Positions 1 to 11,723 of a DNA stretch of 64,000 nucleotides are shown here, one piece after another; position 1 is the first letter of the stretch; the number at the start of each line of letters is the position of its first letter. This DNA comes from Raillietiella orientalis. Taxonomy: Eukaryota. The translations under genes were made by a program, and so were the position numbers. The stretch spans positions 5,270,001 through 5,334,000 of the forward strand of contig JAYWIR010000003.1 in assembly GCA_036172245.1 (NCBI GenBank), in the 5' to 3' direction. The notes under the pieces are model-generated. The model was not told the origin of the DNA, did not search any database, and saw only the letters and a list, made by a program, of their open reading frames with translations.

Positions 1-1519
1 GCTCCGTGTCGGCACAGGATGGCTAATGATCGCCTCAATGTCCAGTTCCCCTCTTCCTCCATGGAGCATTGCGTGGTGGGAGTCTTCGCTTGTGCACAAA
101 GCAGTGTCATCAGAGCACGACCTTCTTTCCACAAATCTCTTGGACTGAAGCCTAGAGCCGAGGGCCCACCTCAAAAAGAGTGGAGCTCCAATCGGAAAGT
201 CGTGCCATCTTGAATTCCTGGAGCTGACTGGAACCTTTCCCTCCGCGTGCAGGAAGCGAGTCGGTCGCGTGAGCGGTGGCGGTCAAGGAAAGTGTTTGCA
301 CTTCCAGTCGCTAGATGGTGAAGCCGTGCCCTACTCGAGGACGGACACTGCGATGAGGACTGCACCGGAGAAAACCTCCCTGAGAGCGCACGTGTGACAA
401 CCATCTTGCAAAGCACTGTTCCCTCGTTATGAATCCCCCCCGGTGGTTCTTGGAAACTTTTTCCGAAAGAAATCTCCTGCACGCGCGTGGAGGGAACGCA
501 GACCGATAAGGATGAGCAGGTCTCGACAACGGTGATACCAAAATCACGCCGCCATCTGCGGGTCCGTTGGAAGACCTCCAAAGAGTTCAAAGAAAGCTTT
601 CTGAGACAGTAATGGAAGCCTCCCTTCGCATCCGATAGACGGAAACCGATAGGAAGCTCGACGGTTCCATCACTCGCCAGCAGAAGGCGGTAACGGCGGA
701 TCACGTAAGCGGCTACTCTCATGGGCCTCCGGAAAACGCAGACTTCCAGCTTCCAGAGAGCCAGCTGGAGGAAGCCGGGATCTGGGACTGTGGAGCGTTG
801 AGGCAGCCGAAGTCCTGCTAGCTATACAGGGATTCAACCACGTCCTTCCCATAAGACAAGGCCTATTGACGCGACTTTTGACCTGTTGCATATGGGGGAC
901 GTCGCCCGCACCCTTCTTGGTTGCTCCCTCTCTCCGACAATCGAAGGGTTTCCACGCGAACAGGTGGCAGCTCTCCACCGCTCCCAAACAGCCATCGGGG
1001 ATGGCCATGGTGCACATAAATGTTCCGGAACAGGGATGTTCGGTGCGGTCTCGAAGCGGAACTGGAAGCCTGTTCTTTCGCACGAGTGGTGCGCATGCGT
1101 GTGGCAAGTACTTGCCAGGAAGCCAGAGGCCCTTCAACCCGTCTTCCCAGAGCCACGTCCTTGACCGCCTGGTCCCGGAGATCCTAAATTCAACATGAAT
1201 CTTCTGGATCTTTTCTCGAGGGATGGTGCCCAAAAAAACGAGCAGTCCATGACCTGCTGGAATAAGGGAGTCGGACAGGCGGCGCACCAGCATCCCTGGA
1301 AAGACGGCGCTCCGAGAGCAGCGAGTCCCTCGAGCTGGAACGCCAGCGAGATTGCACGAAATGGGAAATTCAGGAACAGTGGGGATCGGTCAAAAAGAGC
1401 CAGCAGGAAAGAAAGACACAAGAACCGAAAAAGAGGGCACCGAAAGATCTTGTAAGCGACGATGCGGGACCCGGAAGGGGGTGGAACATCTCGCAACCGA
1501 GGTCGCGTCCATGCCGTTT

Positions 1520-1525
1520 TTTATT
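1520..1525 (-). promoter_or_regulatory. Candidate polyadenylation signal of the four-TM gene
   Basis: AATAAA on the minus strand about 225 nt downstream of the TAG at 1748-1750, in otherwise GC-rich DNA. Confidence 0.4.
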
Positions 1526-1747
1526 ATTACGTCGTTCTCGAAGTTCTTGGGTGGTTCTCCTGCCTCTTCCCAAAGTGGGGCAAGAGACTAGAAAGGCCAC
1601 TTCTCCACGTACAGGAGAGACGGAATGGGGACTGGAAGACGCGCCGAAACCCGGAAGCATGGAGGGACTCTCGCCTGGCTCCATCTGTCTCCCCCTACCG
1701 AGATCCTTAAGGAGAAAGTCCTGCTGTATCACAGAGGGAAACCGCCG

Positions 1748-4700
1748 CTACACGTTGATGGAGGCAGGGGTGTTGCTCCTGGCTACCCCACCACACTTGA
1801 TCGGGGAAGACGGCTCTGACTTGGGTTTAGAGAGCGTCTGGAAGTAGGCTGTGTCCATGAGGGAGTTGAGGAAGGCGAGCTGGTTCCAGCTGGTCTTCCG
1901 GAAGCCCTTGCGCAAGACGACTGCCCGGTGCAGGTCGGCTGAAGGTAAGAACATCCTCTCCCAGTCTCCCAGCCGGATGTTGGTTCTGGAACGGGGACTG
2001 TTCATCCCGTGGAGGAGCAGGCTTCCGGCATCTCGCTTGCGCGGCAGATCAGCAGGCTTCCTGAGCCTGCATCCCGGGAGGAAGCGCCGTGGACGGCCAG
2101 ACGCGGCACGAATGCCTCCGGCGGTTAGACCGAGGTTGGAGCTGATGTTGGGCAGGGAGTTGGCTTGCTTCTGATCCGCTGCCGGGGGCGGAGTCCCCGG
2201 GTCGAGGCACAGCTCCGTATAAACGTTCTCCCCTCCTTCCTCTTCCTCCTCCTCGTCGTCATCCCCCTCCTCGTCCTCTTCCGGGCCGCGGGACCCCGAG
2301 ACGGGACCGGGAGAGAGACGACCTGCATCAAGGGAGGACTCATCGGCAAAGTAGATCTCCGACTCGTGAGAGTCTATCGGGGATGGTGGGCGCTCGTCGG
2401 AGGGCCTCTCCCTGCGCATGGATCGGATCAGCTGCCTCAGGGCATTCTGCTCCGTCAGCAGAGAACGCTGCAGCTCGCGCACCCTCTGAAAGCCGAGGAG
2501 CATCTCGTTGACGTCTTGCAGGGACAAAGCCGAAAGCTGGTGGGTGCGCCTGCCCGGAGCGAACGTCCCTCGTTTCCTCCTGCGGGACGGGAGGGAGCTG
2601 GCGGAAGTCCGAGACGGATAGCAGGCGCGGGGGGCCGGTGGAGGGCACGAAGCGTTCTGGAGGGAGGCGGGAGACGACGACGATCCTGTCCTTCCGGCCG
2701 GCGATGGGGATGGGGCGCCCTTGGCTGGAGCCAAGAAGAGCTCGTTAGCCGCTGTCGCTGCCGCCAGCAGGTTCTCCACGGAGTTCGGGCGGGAGTAGGG
2801 AGGAGGAGGCCCCATGGGGATGGACGCGTACTCGTGGAAAGGGCGCTCGTAACCGGAAGAGGACAAGGGTGCTCCTGTTGGGAGGTACTCCGACGCGCCG
2901 GCGCTGGCGCGTCCGCCCTGGTGGCGGGCGCAGAGGAACGGGATGGGCGAGCCGTGCCGGAAGCCGTCGTCTGAGCACCTCCTGTCGCCTGTCCACGGCC
3001 ACAGGTCGGCGGCGGCGGGACGCTGCTGCTGGTGATGCTGGTGATGCTGCTGCTGCTCCAAGGGCGAGCAACCGAAGTCCTCCGGGTTGTCGGCGAGACC
3101 GCAGCCGTGTCCGGGCCAGAAGCTGTACGAGGGGAGAAGCGGACGGACCGCGAGCGTTGCGAGCAGGGGAAGAACCAGGAGCTGCTCACCAGTCATCCAC
3201 GAGCTCCCATTGCTGCGGATGGCCATAGCAGCCGAGGTAGGAGAACTGTGGGTTCTGGCGGCAGAAGGCGCGCCTGCGTACCTCCAGCTGCTCCCAGTAC
3301 AGCTTCTTTTTCTCGTGGCTGTGGGGGCGGCAGGTGGGTGGAGTACGGAAGGAACTGAAGCATCATCTTACCTGAGGAGCTGGTACACCAGCATGGCGGA
3401 GAAGATGCAAATGAGGATGCCCAGAACGGAGAGGCCGAACAGAGCCCTCAGACAGGAGTAGAGGACACCATGGATCACCTCGCAGTCCGACGTGTCCGTG
3501 AAGACATACCTTGCCAGAGCTGAGGAGAAGACGGTGATAAGCTCGGACACGTACTCAAAGAGGAGAGGAGGGTAGGAGGCAGGGGCAGAAAAAAAAGTCG
3601 TGCTCGAATCACAGCATCGGATCACTCTTTCCTTCTCCTCCTCCGTCGAGGAACAGAAGGAAAGCGAGAGGGACGCGGACGGGCGGCGGCGACTCGGGAG
3701 AAAGGTCAAGCTGCAACCTTTCCACTCTTCCTCGAGCGAAGGAGAGGGAACGTCCTTCTGCCTATCGTTTTCTCCTGGCTGCCTTCTCACCTCGCGCCAT
3801 AGGTGTGCGGGAACGCGAGGATAGTCTGCTCACCTTCCTCCCCGTCCGTGCCGGAGTCGGAGACCCCCGCGTAGCAGGTGCAGGTGCGGCTCTGCTGCGA
3901 GTGGACGCATTCCTTCAAAGTCTGCAGTCTGTTCATGTGGATGACGGTGGTGGTAATGGTGACGACCACGCAGAGCACCGAAGACACCAGGCAGAAGGCG
4001 CCCGACAGCTTTAGCTGAAAGTTAGCCGGTGGCGAAATCTCTGCAAACCTCGGATGGGAAGGATCTTCCCTCCCTCCCACGGGGGGCTTGCACCACCTCC
4101 GGTGGACGCGAGATAGAAGCAAAGAGGAGTCCGAGGTCGCGCTTCCCTAGGAGCCGGGCTCTCAATGCACCGAAGAAGGAGAGGCTGCAGAGAGAAGGAA
4201 TGGCGGCAGAACGAGGGAGCTCGCGAGAGATTCTCAAGGCGGAAAGAAGAATGAGGGGCCCGGGAGAGGAGAAGGGCCGAGTCTCCCAGAGAGGTCGAGA
4301 TGGGGGACGAAGGCTGCACTCTCGCAGACGAGAAGGGCCACCTCGAAGATGAGAGAATCTACTGATGCTGACCGACCTTTCCCGTTCGTTTGGAATAGTT
4401 CCAGGAGTCATGAGAGGCGGGTCTTCCCAGGGGGACGTGCGTGTTTGCGGTCAAGAACGCCCCCTTCATTCGGGAAAGCAGAGGAGACAGGAACGCTGCC
4501 GACAACTTGGAGGGCTGGCAAACGGGCAGGCAAGGCTAGACGTGGTTTCGTGATCCCCCAGTGACAGAGACGGTGCCTGCGCGCCAGGTTCACAGAGTGG
4601 GAAGGGTGCAGATCGCTCTTAGGAGGTGGAACCGCCGCCTCTTCTGGCGGGAAAGAGCACCAAAAGCGACGATAGGGGACATTCCTCTGTGGTCCTCGCG

Positions 4701-7700
4701 CGCGGGACACAGGAACAAACAATACGCAGCTTCTTCCATTAATCGAGCTGGAGCATGTCTCCCGGGAAGTTAACAGACGTCTCAGAAAAGAGGGGGTGGC
4801 GGACCGAACCACTCACCAGGAATCACGGAGGAGCCACGCTTCATGAGGCTAGGGGGAGAACATGACTACGGCGCGCGGAATCCGATCATCGCTTTCAATC
4901 GGACAATCACCATCACATTCTCTTCCTCTTCTTCTTCCTCCCTCCCTCCCAGCTAAAGACGCACGTTCTCTTCCAGCAAATCGCAGCGCCGAGGGGCGGC
5001 ATCCTTCCGTCTCTGGTTCCGGTGGAGTCGCAGATGGTGCTGCGTGCTGGTGAGCATCACTAGCGGACGACCGGAGAGTCCGCTTCCATTTTAGTTTCCT
5101 GATCTGACGTTAGAGGGATCTCTCTTCCCTGGCTGCCGTTGCCCTCGGAGAATAAAACGAGGGAGGAAAGGAAAAAAATGCGGAAGGAGGGAAGGAAAGG
5201 TAGGAAATACGAAAGATAGAAAGATATGAGGATGCTGACTCTCTGGAACACTTCTCTGTTGACAACAGCAGCACCTTGGGCCTTTCCTCTTTGCACAGCA
5301 GAGCGAGGGGAGAGGGGTGGATTGATGAATGGGGAGACAACGTGCATGAACACTGGGAGCCGACAGGGAAGGGAATGCTTTCGCTCGGGGAGGGTCGGCA
5401 ATCATGGGAGTGATTCCAGAGCCTCTGGGAAGAAACACACCGCTCAGATGGGGCGGCTAATCCCGATCCATTCCCAAAACGTCCGTCCGTACTTCGCTCC
5501 CAGACAGTTTTTCGGCCCCAAACCGGTCAAAGAGGAAGGAAGACCGAAGAGGAGAAGGGTGAGGAGGGCCCTCTGGAGCGCAAGATCGCTGTATTTCCGT
5601 GACCCCCATTCAAGGACTGCTTACTGCACGACGCCTTTCCAGAGGACCGACTGAAGAGGCTGCTTTGGACTGTTCGCTTAATCTCCAGCAGGGCATCCCA
5701 TTCGCCCGCATACGCGTCTTCCCTTTTCCGACACCGATGGGGGTCCAACAGCTGCACGGGGACCGGAGACACACATCAAACTCTCAGAGGTGCGCCTTCC
5801 CTCCAGAAACCTCGGAGACGGAGGAGGAAGGCTTTTTGTGAGAGGAAGGGGAAAGAAGGGAAGGAGGGTTCGTAGTGCTAACAAAAGAAAGGATGACGGG
5901 AGAGGTAGAAAGTAAACCGGGAGGTCGGGTGAATCCCTGCAATCGTATCCCTTGTTGCTTGTTTTTTTTTTTTCCAGAGTGGGATCCGAACGCTCCCCTG
6001 GGATTCAGGCTTGGCCGTTTCTAGTCCGGAAGACGACTGTAACGTGCCTTACCGCACTGCAGTAGCCCCCGTCCTGCGCAGTCTCGCCTGCGTCCTCGCA
6101 TCTGCCCACGAGCTCTCCATCGCCATCTCCCGGCCTTCGCGCTGGAGTGGGCGGCCGAGGAGACGTGCTGGAGGAGGAGACGGATATCCGCTCAGTCGCG
6201 AGAGACCCACTAAAGAAGCGTCCACGGAACCCTTTGTCGGGCACTCTGGACCGCCAGCTCTCTCCGCAACCTCTCGAGAACTGCGTCCAAGGAGACGATC
6301 CGCTGCGCCCCGCTCGCGTGGGAGGAGAGCTGCGATCACCTCACCAACCCCGCCTCTGGTCACGCGCTCGCCGTGGCTCCGAAATTAGCGAAGTCGCCGA
6401 GGTCTCTTTTCCCTAAAGCGGTCTTGGAGAGATGGCTTGGGAGTCGAAGGCCGTCAGCCGGCTCAGTCTGGAAGGACCTTTCCGATTCAACATCTTGCAC
6501 GTTCAGGGGATGAAGTGATTGATAATGCTTTCGCACGGCTGCCGTGCCCCCTGGAACCTTTCCTTCACCCTTCCAATGTCTTCGGAAGGATTTTCTAACG
6601 TCCAGATTTCCGGTGCTGGAACGTCTCCAGAACATTTTTGCAAGACTTGGCTCTATCTTTGGGACCTCAGCAGCCAGAACCTTTCAGATAGCATCTGCGC
6701 GCGAGAGGGAACGCCGAAACACCTTCATGGACCATATTACGATGCCCGGGAATCCGAGAGTTCCATCGAGGGACAGGAAGCATCACCCTTTTCCAGACTT
6801 CTGGGGAATGCAGGACCTCATTCAGCCGGGTTCCGTGAAGATAGAAGAGGCTCCCACTCGCCAGGATGATGGTGCGCTCATGAGGAGGACCCAGTAAAGT
6901 CAGTGCCTTCCTTTCTACGCAGGGACGACGTTCATCAGCGCGTGCGCGTCTGCTGTTCCTTCGGAGTGCTTTCGGTCGGTCACGCACTTGCGTCGGGACG
7001 CCCTCTCTGCCCCGGACCCTCCCCGACTCTTTCTAGAGGAGCATTTGGCCGCTCGGCCTCGGGGAATGGGCGGGGCTCCACCTCCAACCCTTCCCTGCCT
7101 GCCCTTCTGATCCCGGGAAGACAGATGCAGTCGACTTCTCAAGGTTCTCAAGGGGATGCTGCGCTGCGCCGAGAAGAGCGCAGGGTCCCGAGGATGCCGC
7201 CATGATGTAGGCGAGGACGGGGTGAGAAGGAACCACCGGCGGATCTGGGAGGAAAAGGGTTGTTTGGCGTGGGGAGAGTGCAGGGATGCGGGAGGGGAGG
7301 GGGGAAGCAGGCTCGTCGGAAAGACTCCCTCCGGAAGAGACGGGAGGGGAGCGACCCATCGAGCGCAGAGGTAGAGGCGAACCCGCCCTGGCGTGCCTCT
7401 GACTTGGCCCGAGGTTCCTCTAAAACGGGCGGTGGGAGTTGTTTGAGGACGGATGCCATCTCCAGTCTGGCAGAGGGTGGCACGGCGCCATACGCGCTCA
7501 CCGCCCGGAGAACAGCAGCGGCGGAGAGAGTGGTGACGGTGGGCAGCGTGCAATATGCGAAGAGGATCAAGAGCGGGGTACTCCGAACAGCTTGCTGTCA
7601 GGGAGGGAGAAGGAGAGAAGACCTCGGAAATTCCCACCAGGATGAAAAGAAGGGGAGGAAAAATGGTCCCACGACACGAATGCCCTGCCCCCCCCCCTTT

Positions 7701-10700
7701 TTTCAAACTATCCCCTCCCCCTATCTCTGAGAGGACCAGAAGATGAGGACGAAGACAACAGTGACTGCACCGAGAGAGGGGGCCAGTGGAGAAGGAAGAA
7801 GAAAACGCACTTTCCCCCAGCTTCTTTCGCTTCCCGGAGATCGAACGCAGAAGCCATCTGACGTCCAAGGAGGCAGCTCGGGCTAGCCCCCCGAACAGCA
7901 AAGAGGGGAGGGGAGGGGAGCAGGATGCGAGGGATTTTTTCCCCCGCTTGTCCCTCCTCGTGTCCCCTCTCTTCCCTCAGCTCGCAGAGGGATGCGGCGG
8001 GATGGAGGAGCGAGTCCCACTTACCAGGTACGCGTATCTGTTGGATCGCTTTACGAAGGACAGGATGAGCAGCCCGGTGAGGATGAGCTGAAACGAGAAG
8101 AAGCCACGTGTTAGTGGGAGCACGCTGGAGGTCGCCGTGGACTGAGGGAGAGAATGATCAGCTCTGGAAGGAAGAGCACCACAGGCGCCGGGAAGCTCTG
8201 CGAGGAGGTGGCGGTGAAGGGGTCCCAATGGGAGCGTCTCCTCGGTGGACACGCCTGGAACGTCCACCCTATTCCCCTCCCTTTCCCCCCTGCTCGGTCT
8301 CCTCCGTTGCTCAGCCGATCCGGGTGGGGCTCCACCCGTCGAAGGGCGGAAGACGCAGACGGAGGGAGCCGGGCAGGAGAAGGGGCAGCGTACTGGAGGG
8401 AATGTCGGACCCACGGAGGATGATGACCGCCATCGTGGTGGTTCGACAGCCGCCCTCGGCAGCAGTTCAGGGGAGATATAATACTCTCCTCCAAGCGATG
8501 AACTGGTGCGAATGAGTCGGACCGGGAGGATGGAGGACCACCGATGGGTGGCACCGCATCAGGCCGCCCGTTTCCGGATTCCGGAGAAGTCCGGAAAGAG
8601 AGCGCAGGAGTCACCTCAGTCTGTTGGTCGGGCGCTTGTAGCGCATCCCACGAGAGGAGCAGCGGGAGAGGGTGGGGAACAGGACTCCTTTCCCATCTTT
8701 CCGGCGCGGGGTTCCTCTCGCCTTTCCAGGGGCAGAAGCGGAGGTGATGGACGACACTTCCGCTGCTTTTGAGCAAATGGGGTTCCCCCCTTCCAGGTTG
8801 GTCACGGGCGGGTTCACCCTGGGCACTTCTAGATTGCGAACAGCGTGTGCGTTTTCCACGGCAACAGGAGTTCAGACCGCAGGAGAAAGAAAGCTCTCCC
8901 GCTTCCCCTCTGCGCCGCTGTTCCTCCGTCTCAGAAAACCGGATACTCGCTTCTGCGCCTCCGGTATTCGGGACCCCTGCACCCCCACTCCTGCGGAGCC
9001 GATCCGGGTGGGCACTGAGGTTTTTTCCCACGCCACCTTGTCGGGTCAAGGTCCAATCGGCTGCGACCCGGAAGATGTTCACAGACCGACTCGTCGGCGG
9101 GAGTCCTGTGCCCGCGACGGGCACCTCCCTAGAACTGGAAATCGGTCGCTCGGGTGCCATCGTCACGGGCGAGGCATCCCGAAGAAGGTGGGTGGAGAGG
9201 TACCGCAGTGGGGTGAGTGGCGAGTGAGAGATGGGGAAACAGGGTTGGGCGAATCCCCCCAGCGCTTAGTCAGGGGCTCGGGACGAGGAGTCTCCGGAAG
9301 TCCGGAGGCCGCTGCTACCCCTCGAGGTCCGCGGCGGCGCGTCTCGCCTTCTTCGCCCAGCGGCATTCGCGGCGGCTGGGACATAGGGGTCCACCGTTCC
9401 GTAGGTCTCTAGCCTCTCCTCCAGCCGAGTTCTTCGTCCTTCCCGAGGAACGGTTCCGATCCTTCTCCGCAGCTTCCGGACCCTTGTGAGCGCGTGAGAT
9501 GGACTCGCCGATCCTCAACTGTGCCCTTCCTCCGTCTCAGGTGACCTTCCTCTCCCACTACTGCGGCCCGCCTCCATCTCCACCTCTGCTGCCTGGAGAC
9601 GGGAGGGAGAGGGGAGGAAGGGCGCACGCGAATGAGGGCAAGGCTCATTTCCCTTTCCCTGGACTTTGGCGGGAAGCCGGGAGGAGGAGAGGGGGAGTAG
9701 GGTGGTTGGGTGAGCAGAGGTTGGCGGTCGCTCTCATGCATCGGTCGCCAATCGGACGTGTCTCCGGGTTCCCTGGCAGAAGCGGGCGGAGGGGCGGGGT
9801 GTTCCAGGCGAGGGCAGCGCTGTTCTCCCTTATCCTCCCATTCCAACTTACCACGACGGCGGGGACATAGGTGGGGATCGTCTCGAAGTAGTGAAGGGAG
9901 GACGTGAAGTTCCTCAGGATGAAGCAGATGCCAACGAAGAGGGCGCCCAAGAGGATGGCCAGGCCGCCGCAGACTCCACATAGCAACACGTACTTCTTCC
10001 CGTAGATGCGCATACAGGAGGCGTGGGATCCTGGAAGGGGAAAGACGTGAGGTCCAGGGGGAGGAGGGCTGCGGGATTCTCTTCCTACCGCCCATCCGTT
10101 TCCTCTTGGGCCTGAGGAGCGGGAGTCACAGGGCTTCCCGCCGCGCCCACCGCCTTCTACGGCTCTCCCTTGCGCGTTCCCCTGTCTCGCATCTGGAGGC
10201 CTCCTCCACGGGGAGGGGGGGGGGGAGGGAAGAAAGGGCGGGACATAGGCCAAAGCCACCGAGGCTGCTTCCCACCCTCCCCGTCCTCCCCAGAGGACAC
10301 GCGGTCGGAGAGAGAAGGTGGGAAGAACGGCGGAAGGGGAAATCAAATGGAGCCCGGGAGGTGCGGCAGGAAGGTGGCAGGGCGAATGCCCTCGCACGGG
10401 AAGCGGAGCAGGTGAAGGGTGTCAAGCAAGGGGGTGAAGGGGAGGATTCCCCTGGGAGCGCAGGCGAGGTCCTGAGGGACTGCATCCGAGTCTAGTTCCG
10501 TGCGAAAATTCGGGAGATTCCAGAACTCTCCAGAGAAAGCTTCTCTTCCGGGATACCTTCCATGGTTCTCGGAGGGCGACGCGCCTTCCCCAAGAGCCTC
10601 ACGGCGGAGGACGTCTCCGAGGGATCCTCTCCCTTTTTCCCCCCGATTATCCCCGGGAAACGCCGGAATGACCGCAGTGACGGCGGATGGGATGGTGGCG

Positions 10701-11723
10701 GTTGCCAATGGAAGATGAAAACCGCCAGTGGCAACCGGAACGAAGAGGGAGGACGTGCCTCCAGGTGCCGTCGACTCCTTCCCCGGCACACGGTCGGGTA
10801 GCCGCCAGGGAGACGTCGGGAGATTCTGCGAGAATCTCCCGCGATCTATCGCAGTGAGGCCGAAAGCCAGGGTCGAGGGGAAGCTCCGGAGCACTTGGTC
10901 CCCCTTCCCATCCCTTGCTCCGGCCGTCCCCCCCACACCCTCCTACGTGACTCGCAGCCGCGGGGAGCGGTGAGGCTGCGCGAGCGGCAAGCCGACTCTC
11001 CGAAAGGGGGCACGCGAGAGCGACTTCCGCATCTCCCTCCCAACCCCCCAGACGCTGGGAAGTGGGGCAAGAGGTGCTCCTTGCCCCTACCTCCACTACC
11101 AGTTTCTCCCGTCCCCCGGAACAGACAGCAGCCTCCAGGCAGCCAGCACAGAGCGTTTGCGGCGTGCGGGCGCGCAAACGAACGAATGCGTCCCGAGCGT
11201 GCTCGGTGGAAAGCGAAGAGCGCAGAGTGCACGCGCAAATCTCCGCGTGCACCCCCGCATGGAGCACTCCTGAGTCTACGCAAGCTGGGGTGAGTGCACC
11301 GCGCGCGCCCAGGAGGGCAGGTGCGCACGCACGTGTTCGCGTCACGGACGCGCACTCGACTAGAGCGACACGCACGCGCGCGCGCATCCCAGGTAGCGCG
11401 CACGGGATTGCCCCCTCCCTGCCTCCGAAGTCGCGAGCGCGCCTCGGTGGCGGAGGGCAGGAGATTTCACTTTCGCTTTCAGTGGCAAGGGATGGCGCGT
11501 TTGTGCCGGCGTCCCGGGAAGCGCCGGTGATGAGGTGGGAAGAAAGCTCACCGTGCTGCTGCTGCTGCTGCTGAATCCCTCCGCTGGCCACCGGCGCCCC
11601 CTCCGCGACGGATGCCAGCCCGCAGGACACTCCGGAGATGGAGAGCAGTGGCGCGGCCCCGTACGCCGGCAGCGAGTCACTTCCATGGCAACGGGACAGG
11701 AGGTCCCGGGAGACGAACGGCAT
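1748..11723 (-). CDS. Four-pass transmembrane protein, CD20/MS4A-like fold, FAM189/ENTREP-like, with long disordered PPxY-containing C-terminal tail (about 748 aa)
   Basis: Hand-built exons 11723-11552, 10030-9852, 8087-8025, 4014-3834, 3519-3372, 3318-3190, 3122-1748. All introns are GT-AG and phase-consistent (1,0,0,1,2,2); total 2247 nt. Hydrophobic segments: YVLLCGVCGGLAILLGALFVGICFIL, VPAVVLILTGLLILSFV, LSGAFCLVSSVLCVVVTITTTVI, ALFGLSVLGILICIFSAMLVY. A Cys-rich loop (ECVHSQQSRTCTC...DCEVIHG) lies between TM3 and TM4, followed by SHEKKKLYWEQLE and GPPPPY. Family assignment is from topology and recalled motifs, not a database search. The first coding exon is less certain than exons 2-6. 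Confidence 0.85.

Noticed and set aside
1..1740. Possible decayed LINE linker/RT or pseudogene on the plus strand (LDGSITRQQ..., EVLLAIQGF)
   Set aside because: Only vague resemblance; no diagnostic RT or endonuclease motif could be aligned.
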